DNA of 64,000 nt from Octopus bimaculoides. Its lineage: Eukaryota. Positions 63,998 through 64,000 of the stretch are shown here, piece after piece. The position numbers and the translations under genes were made by a program. The stretch is taken from NCBI RefSeq assembly GCF_001194135.2, contig NC_068996.1, positions 45,725,721 through 45,789,720 on the forward strand, read 5' to 3'. Numbering within the stretch: the stretch's first letter is position 1; the number at the start of each line of letters is the position of its first letter. Below the pieces are notes generated by a model, which made no database searches, was not told where the DNA came from, and was given only the letters and a program-made list of their open reading frames with translations.

Positions 63998-64000
63998 CTC

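Overview
AT-rich, repeat-saturated eukaryotic genomic DNA with many N-gaps, most of them at microsatellites. The tRNA-derived SINE families look like octopus (coleoid cephalopod) repeats; this assignment is from recognition and was not database-checked. I found no host protein-coding exon I can support, so the window is probably intergenic or deep intronic. Almost all ORF-track entries are microsatellite or N-gap artefacts. Recognisable content: about 35 copies or fragments of at least five tRNA-SINE families, a 5'-truncated CR1/L2-type LINE whose 3' end matches the tail of the commonest SINE, a decayed mariner transposase, hAT- and Tc2/pogo-like MITEs, a triple-C2H2 remnant that is probably a LINE 3' end, and several decayed Penelope-like (PLE) fragments. 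The most interesting signal is five minimal hammerhead-ribozyme (HHR)-like folds in three unrelated repeat families. They share a loop-less palindromic stem III (dimer type) and one extra nucleotide after A9. One has a compensatory G3-C8 core swap, and one family is a tRNA-headed SINE with an HHR tail and a Penelope-style inverted tail copy.
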